NCBI GenBank assembly: GCA_043725085.1
Contig: JAYSLY010000003.1
Span: 1-59,699, forward strand
Source of the DNA: a bacterium
GTDB lineage: Bacteria > Patescibacteriota > Minisyncoccia > Moranbacterales > UBA2206
Length of the DNA stretch: 59,699 bases
Reading direction: 5' to 3'
The position numbers and the translations under genes are program-made. The notes below the pieces were generated by a model. That model had not been told where the DNA came from. It saw only the letters and a program-made list of their open reading frames with translations, and searched no databases. Positions 54,306-59,699 of the stretch are shown here, piece by piece. Every line of letters begins with the position of its first letter. Position 1 is the first letter of the stretch.

Positions 54306-57194
54306 TTACCGCTTAATAAAAATACCACACTTTTCTCCATCAATCAAAACTTCTTTTTGCAGATCTGCCTCGACTAACTCGCCGGCTGATATGTTATTCG
54401 CCAGCGTTTCTCTGGCAATCAAATCGCCAAACTTTGCAAAAACGTCCTGCACGCCGACATAGCCGATTTGAATCCGGTTATTCACTTCATAGCCCGCCTC
54501 TTTTCGCATCTCTTGAATCGCCCGCACCAACTCACGCGCCTGACCTTCAAGTTTGAGCTCTGGGGTGATATTTGTATCAAGCTTGATATTTTCTTCTTGC
54601 TTCTCATCAATAAGCAATTCTTTTATGTTTAGCTCTTCTTTGATTATCTCTTTGAGTTCCATACTATCTACCACATACTTAATACTAGCTACCGAGAGTG
54701 GTTGGCGAACTTTAATTTTGTTTAGTGCTCTTTGCTGCAAACCTTCACTAATCACATCGCGCACTTTTTTCATCTCCGTATTTAATTTCTCATCAATCAA
54801 TTTTTCGTTACTCATCGGAAAATCAACCAAATGCACCGACTCTTCGCCAGTTAGGTTTTTATAGATTTCTTCCGCGATAAACGGACAAAATGGCGCCATT
54901 GTTTTTGCCAGCTCTACCAAAACATAGTGCAAAGTTTCATAGGCACTGTTTTTGTCGCCGTCATTTTCACTTTTCCAAAACCGTTTGCGACTGCGGCGGA
55001 TGTACCAGTTGGAAAGATTGTCCACAAAAAGCTCAAACGGCCTTGTCGCTTTAACAAGATCATAGCCTTGCATATTCATATCAACTTCTCCAATCAACTT
55101 ATGCAATTCGGAAACAATCCAGCGGTCAAGTAGATTTTTTGGATCTGCCACCGCGCCCAGCTTATTTTTCGGACTCCACTGATCTACTCCGGCATAGAGC
55201 GTGAAAAATGAATAGCTGTTCCAAAGGGTTGCCAGGACTTTTCTTTGAATATCGCCAATGGCTTTTTCCGAAAAACTAATATTTTGCGCGTTGAGCAGCG
55301 GTGAGGACAGGAGATAAAATCTGAGCGCATCGGCGCTATATTTTTCTAAGATAATATTCGAATCAGGATAGTTTCCCAAAGATTTTGACATTTTCTTGCC
55401 ATCTGATCCGGCAATCGTTCCGGTCGTCACGACATTTTTGAAACTGATTTCTCCAAAAATTCCGACTGACATGACGTGAAGCACATAAAACCAGGCTCTT
55501 GTTTGAGCGATATATTCCGAAATAAAATCGGTTGGAAAACTTTTTTCAAATACCTCCTTGTTTTCAAATGGATAGTGAAATTGAGCAAATGGCATTGAAC
55601 CGGACTCGATCCAAGAATCAAACACTTGCGAAATCCTGCGCATCTCCCCGCCGCATTTCTCGCACTTGAAAGTAATCTCATCCACCCCTGGCCGATGGTA
55701 GTCAGACAGCTCCACGCCCGACAACTCTTTCAATTCCGCATATGATCCAACGACTTTAATTTCTCCGCAATCCCGTGATTCACATTTCCAAACCGGAATC
55801 GCTGTCCCAAAATAGCGATCACGCGAGATGTTCCAATCCGGCGCGCTTTCGATTCCATTTTGAAATCGGCCGTGTTTCAAAAATTCCGGATACCAATTTA
55901 TCTTTTCATTTTCGTCGAGTAATTTTTGACGAATTTTTTCCACATTCACATACCACGCTGGTTGAGCTTTATAGATCAACTTTGTGTGGCAACGATGACA
56001 ATGCGGATAGCTGTGGGTAATTTGTTCGCGTTTGAAAAGATAGCCCTTAACTTTTAGCCATTTCACAACTTCATTGTTCGCCTCCCAAACTTTTTGCCCC
56101 TGCCATTCACCTTCCGTGAATTGCCCCTCTTCATCCACATTCATAATAATCGGGAGACTATTGGTCTTTCTCACATTAAAGTCGTCTTCGCCAAAAGCCG
56201 GCGCAAGGTGAACTATCCCCGATCCATCTTCCGTCGTCACAAAATCTCCCGCGATTACTCTGTAACCGTTTTCGATATCATGCGGAAAAATTGGTTCGTA
56301 CTCTTTGCCAACTAATTCGCTTCCACTCAACTCTTTAATTACTTCATATTCTTTATCCTTGAATACAATTTCAACACGGCTCTCAGCAATAATATATTTA
56401 TCCTTTTCACCCTTAATACTAACTACTTGATACTTAATACTATTATTGACCGCCAAAGCCACATTTGCCAAAAGCGTCCACGGCGTAGTCGTCCAAACCA
56501 TGAAATACGCATCCCCCTCTCCTTGCCAAGGAGAGGACTGGGGTGAGGTTTTGACTTTCATCTTTACATATACCGAAGGATCACTATCCATTTCATAGGA
56601 ATTATCCATCGCAATCTCAAAGTTCGAAAGCGGTGTCGAACAGCGCGGACAATAGAGTGAAACACGCACATCTTCATAGATGAGACCCTTTTTGTGAAGC
56701 TCGGAAAACGCCCACCACACTGATTCCATATAGCCTTTGTCCATTGTCTTGTAGGCACCTTTAAATTCCACCCAGCGACCAACGCGATCAATCACGTCTT
56801 CCCACTCACTGGCGATTTGTGACGTTTCAAAAAGACAGGCTTCGTTGAATTTTGCTACACCAATTTTTTCAATATCTTTCTTACTCTTGAGTCCAAGTTT
56901 TTTCTCCACCATATTCTCCGCCGGAAGCCCATGGCAATCCCAACCCCATCTGCGCTCAACACGCTTGCCTTTCATTGTCCAATATCTCGGCACGGCGTCT
57001 TTCACAATCGAAGAAAGCAACGTGCCATAGTGCGGCACGCCGGTGATAAACGGCGGCCCGTCATAGAAACTGTAATAATTATCCTTACTTCTCATCTCGA
57101 CTGATTTTTGAAAAGTGCCATCCTCTTTCCAAAATTGGATGATTTCTTTTTCCATCTCGGAATACTTTTTTCTTGCGTCGACTTTTTTAAACAT
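54306..57194 (-). CDS. ileS: Isoleucine--tRNA ligase
   Basis: GPPFITGVPHYGTLL (HIGH region), WTTTPWTL (editing domain), and KMSKSLGN. Confidence 0.96.
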   Translation of the reverse strand: MFKKVDARKKYSEMEKEIIQFWKEDGTFQKSVEMRSKDNYYSFYDGPPFITGVPHYGTLLSSIVKDAVPRYWTMKGKRVERRWGWDCHGLPAENMVEKKLGLKSKKDIEKIGVAKFNEACLFETSQIASEWEDVIDRVGRWVEFKGAYKTMDKGYMESVWWAFSELHKKGLIYEDVRVSLYCPRCSTPLSNFEIAMDNSYEMDSDPSVYVKMKVKTSPQSSPWQGEGDAYFMVWTTTPWTLLANVALAVNNSIKYQVVSIKGEKDKYIIAESRVEIVFKDKEYEVIKELSGSELVGKEYEPIFPHDIENGYRVIAGDFVTTEDGSGIVHLAPAFGEDDFNVRKTNSLPIIMNVDEEGQFTEGEWQGQKVWEANNEVVKWLKVKGYLFKREQITHSYPHCHRCHTKLIYKAQPAWYVNVEKIRQKLLDENEKINWYPEFLKHGRFQNGIESAPDWNISRDRYFGTAIPVWKCESRDCGEIKVVGSYAELKELSGVELSDYHRPGVDEITFKCEKCGGEMRRISQVFDSWIESGSMPFAQFHYPFENKEVFEKSFPTDFISEYIAQTRAWFYVLHVMSVGIFGEISFKNVVTTGTIAGSDGKKMSKSLGNYPDSNIILEKYSADALRFYLLSSPLLNAQNISFSEKAIGDIQRKVLATLWNSYSFFTLYAGVDQWSPKNKLGAVADPKNLLDRWIVSELHKLIGEVDMNMQGYDLVKATRPFELFVDNLSNWYIRRSRKRFWKSENDGDKNSAYETLHYVLVELAKTMAPFCPFIAEEIYKNLTGEESVHLVDFPMSNEKLIDEKLNTEMKKVRDVISEGLQQRALNKIKVRQPLSVASIKYVVDSMELKEIIKEELNIKELLIDEKQEENIKLDTNITPELKLEGQARELVRAIQEMRKEAGYEVNNRIQIGYVGVQDVFAKFGDLIARETLANNISAGELVEADLQKEVLIDGEKCGIFIKR

Positions 57195-57212
57195 AAACTT
57201 AAATATAAATTA

Positions 57213-57415
57213 AAAAATAAAAAAACGCCCCCTTGGACATAAGGACGCTTTAACACGTGGTACCACCTTAATTTTCCCGCCTTTCCTATTCGGCAGGACT
57301 TATTCACGGCTATAACGGGCCTGCCCGGAAGATTCTATTTTTCTCCCAATTACGGGGAATTTCTTTCTCCAGCTTGGAATTGATTGTTCCTTAAACGCCT
57401 TTCAAATTGTAAACC
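57213..57415 (-). promoter_or_regulatory. T-box riboswitch leader of ileS (transcription-termination type)
   Basis: Minus-strand AAAUUAAGGUGGUACCACGUG (57273-57254). Antiterminator: AAGG-UGGUACC-ACG..CGU-CCUU, with bulge N=U fitting the A73 discriminator of tRNA-Ile. The competing terminator is GCGUCCUU..AAGGGGGCG plus U7 (57220-57250). Stem III is CCUGCC..GGCGGG. The 5' limit is approximate. Confidence 0.8.
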
Positions 57416-57461
57416 AACTTTAACCTATTTTTAGCTTTTTAGCAATAGCTTATCAAAGACT

Positions 57462-57485
57462 AAAAATCCCCATCCTGGGATTTTT
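57462..57485 (-). terminator. Hairpin AAAAATCCC / GGGATTTTT after the GT4 gene
   Basis: 9-bp stem with a 6-nt loop, flanked by A/T runs. Confidence 0.5.
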
Positions 57486-57540
57486 GCTTCAATAATCCTC
57501 TAGCTTCTATGGCTAAAATTGATTTCCAGAATTTTTCCAT

Positions 57541-58707
57541 TTACTTAAAAGATTTATACAACTCCAGAGTCTCTCTTGCTGTTTTTTCCCAATTGAATTT
57601 TGCCACTTGCACACGGCCTTTCTCGCGATAACTATTTTTTAATTCTTCATTCTCCGAAAACTCAAACATCGCGTCAGTAATTTCTTTTGTGTTTAGCGGG
57701 TTCACGAGCTTTGCCGCGTCTCCGGCAATTTCCGGAATTGAAGAAACATTGGAAAGAATAGCCGGCACGCCGGTCGCAAAAGCTTCGAGCACAGTCGTGC
57801 CAAATCCTTCATAGAGCGACGGCATCACGAAAAAGTCCGCTTGAGCAAAAAGAGGCGCCAAATCATCGCCGACAACATAGCCTGTGAAGATAACTTCTTT
57901 TTCAATTTCCAAATCTTTCGCCAAACGCTTATACTCCGCCGCCAGCCATCCGCGCTTGCCTGCCAAGACCAACTTATAGTTGAAATTTTTGCCATTCGTT
58001 GTGAAACGTTTTTTGAAATCTGCGAAAGCCTCCATAAGCCGCGTGATATTTTTCAAAGGCTCAATTGTTCCCAAGAAAAGCATATATTTATCCCCCGCTT
58101 CCATGTCATAGCGCTGCAAAACTTCCGCACGCGGCGTCACAGATTTTTCTGACAAACGCGCATCATATCCGCTATAGATCACTTGCACTTTTCCCTCAGG
58201 ACACTTGAAAATTTCGCAAAGATCTTTTTTGGTCGAATCTGAAACGGCGATCAACTTGTCCGCGCGATTAACCGCAAGGTTTAGCATTGTCTTGGTTTTT
58301 GCTCGCGTAAGTTGCGGAAAAACATCCGGCACTTTGGCCACAGCCAAGTCATAGATCGTCACCACGGTTTTCCCCCGATACGTCGTCGGGATTCTGCTCA
58401 TTGGTGAAGTTGTGTGCAGCAAATCCAATTTTTCTTTCGCAAGCGTCGCGGTGCCCAAAATTTCACTATACGCTCCCGGCAGATATTTTTTGTAATCGGA
58501 AAAAGGATAGAATTTTATCTTCACATTATCACGGGAAAATTTCGCAACGTCTTTTTCTCTCACGCGAAAATCGAAAAATAGAACATATTCATTTTCCTTG
58601 TCAATTTCCAATAGATGACGAATCAACTGGTAGGCATAGTGCCCGGCGCCAATCGCTTCGCCTCTTTCCGGATTCAAAATAGTCCTGGCATCAATTCCTA
58701 TACGCAT
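57541..58707 (-). CDS. Glycosyltransferase family 4
   Basis: E-x7-E motif (YEGFGTTVLEAFATGVPAI). Confidence 0.85.
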   Translation of the reverse strand: MRIGIDARTILNPERGEAIGAGHYAYQLIRHLLEIDKENEYVLFFDFRVREKDVAKFSRDNVKIKFYPFSDYKKYLPGAYSEILGTATLAKEKLDLLHTTSPMSRIPTTYRGKTVVTIYDLAVAKVPDVFPQLTRAKTKTMLNLAVNRADKLIAVSDSTKKDLCEIFKCPEGKVQVIYSGYDARLSEKSVTPRAEVLQRYDMEAGDKYMLFLGTIEPLKNITRLMEAFADFKKRFTTNGKNFNYKLVLAGKRGWLAAEYKRLAKDLEIEKEVIFTGYVVGDDLAPLFAQADFFVMPSLYEGFGTTVLEAFATGVPAILSNVSSIPEIAGDAAKLVNPLNTKEITDAMFEFSENEELKNSYREKGRVQVAKFNWEKTARETLELYKSFK

Positions 58708-58791
58708 ATATTTTTGAGCTTGCTTGGAAAGTCTTTGGTTTGATCGAAATGAATTGCAGACTCTTCAAACAGAAACTATCATTAAGGCTTC

Positions 58792-59538
58792 TTATATCTT
58801 TATTTTAGCATTTTTTTCACCTCGAGTCCAATCCGAAACCAGCTCTTTAATTGGCGAAAATGTCCGCCTGTGAATCGGACACGGCCCATATTTTTTGAGC
58901 GCTTCCATATGCAACTTTGTGCCATAGCCTTTGTGTTTGGCGAGTCCATATTCAGGATAAAGTTTGCCCATCTCACAAATCATTCGGTCCCGTGTCACTT
59001 TGGCGATGATTGAAGCCGCCGCGATTGATTTCACCAACTTGTCACCGCTCACAATCGCTTTTTGTTCCATCGACAAACTGGGAATTTGTTTGTTTCCATC
59101 CACTAATATTATATTCCTCCCCACAGAGACGCCCCGCCGGGGCGTCTCTACATTTATTTTTTTTGAAATTTCCGTCAGCGCTTTTTTCATCGCCAGAAAA
59201 CTCGCTTCCAAAATATTCATTCGATCAATCGTTTCATGATCGCAAATTCCCACACCGACAAAAAAATGCTCACTGATAAAATCAAACAGGCTTTCACGTT
59301 GTTTTTCTGAAAGGGTCTTAGAATCACGGATTAGATTCCATTTTTCATCCTCATTGTAGAGACGAGGCACTGCCTCGTCTCTACCAACATCATCCGATAT
59401 TCTCAAAGCGCAAACCGCCGCCACAACGGGACCGGCCAACGGCCCTCTTCCCGCCTCATCCGTCCCCAACACAAAATCATAGCCTTCATGCAAAAGCCTT
59501 TTTTCCTCATCAAATGTGGCGATTAGTTTGGTTTTCAT
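58792..59538 (-). CDS. rnhB: Ribonuclease HII
   Basis: GTDEAGRGPLAGPVVAAV catalytic motif, DSKTLS, and ASIIAKVTRD. Confidence 0.92.
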   Translation of the reverse strand: MKTKLIATFDEEKRLLHEGYDFVLGTDEAGRGPLAGPVVAAVCALRISDDVGRDEAVPRLYNEDEKWNLIRDSKTLSEKQRESLFDFISEHFFVGVGICDHETIDRMNILEASFLAMKKALTEISKKINVETPRRGVSVGRNIILVDGNKQIPSLSMEQKAIVSGDKLVKSIAAASIIAKVTRDRMICEMGKLYPEYGLAKHKGYGTKLHMEALKKYGPCPIHRRTFSPIKELVSDWTRGEKNAKIKI

Positions 59539-59699
59539 AACTACGCCTATTTTAGCCTATTTCTAATTATTTCACCAACGATCTATTTTTTTAGAAAATG
59601 ACGTGATACATCATTTAAAAACCTAAGGATGAACGATTCGATTTATCAAATAAAAACCTAAGGATACTAACTGCTAAAATTATCAAAATAGTTAAAAAT

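Overview
This 59.7-kb window looks like a small, AT-rich genome of the Patescibacteria/CPR type. My spot counts give about 33-40% G+C in the backbone. Most genes are housekeeping genes on the minus strand: a complete F1Fo ATP synthase operon, cysS, metG, glyQS, ileS, tgt, dus, rsmI, glmS, recO, rnhB and rmlBCD. There is also a cell-surface glycan cluster (DUF4012-like, three GT4 glycosyltransferases, O-antigen-ligase-like, Wzz-like) and many secreted or membrane-anchored hypothetical proteins. I found no rRNA, tRNA or CRISPR. Four things stand out. (1) Several palindromic or MITE-like repeat families lie between genes, break up the atp operon, and also sit in frame inside metG, ileS, rnhB, tgt and a U32 gene. 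(2) Three patches are richer in G+C (about 48-53% in spot counts) and encode secreted proteins. They include a LysM plus barrel-like protein/lipoprotein operon, a pair of CSDG..HxxCG proteins attached to the end of the atp operon, and a four-gene pseudo-receiver operon next to a decayed IS30. (3) Promoterless 3' cassettes of a Cys-rich surface-protein gene flank an AAA ATPase. (4) There are two T-box leaders (ileS, glyQS) and an orphan transcription unit of about 290 nt that contains a four-way junction. I cannot name one defined novel system. The strongest candidates are listed as findings. All function calls come from reading motifs by eye, and no searches or folding programs were run.
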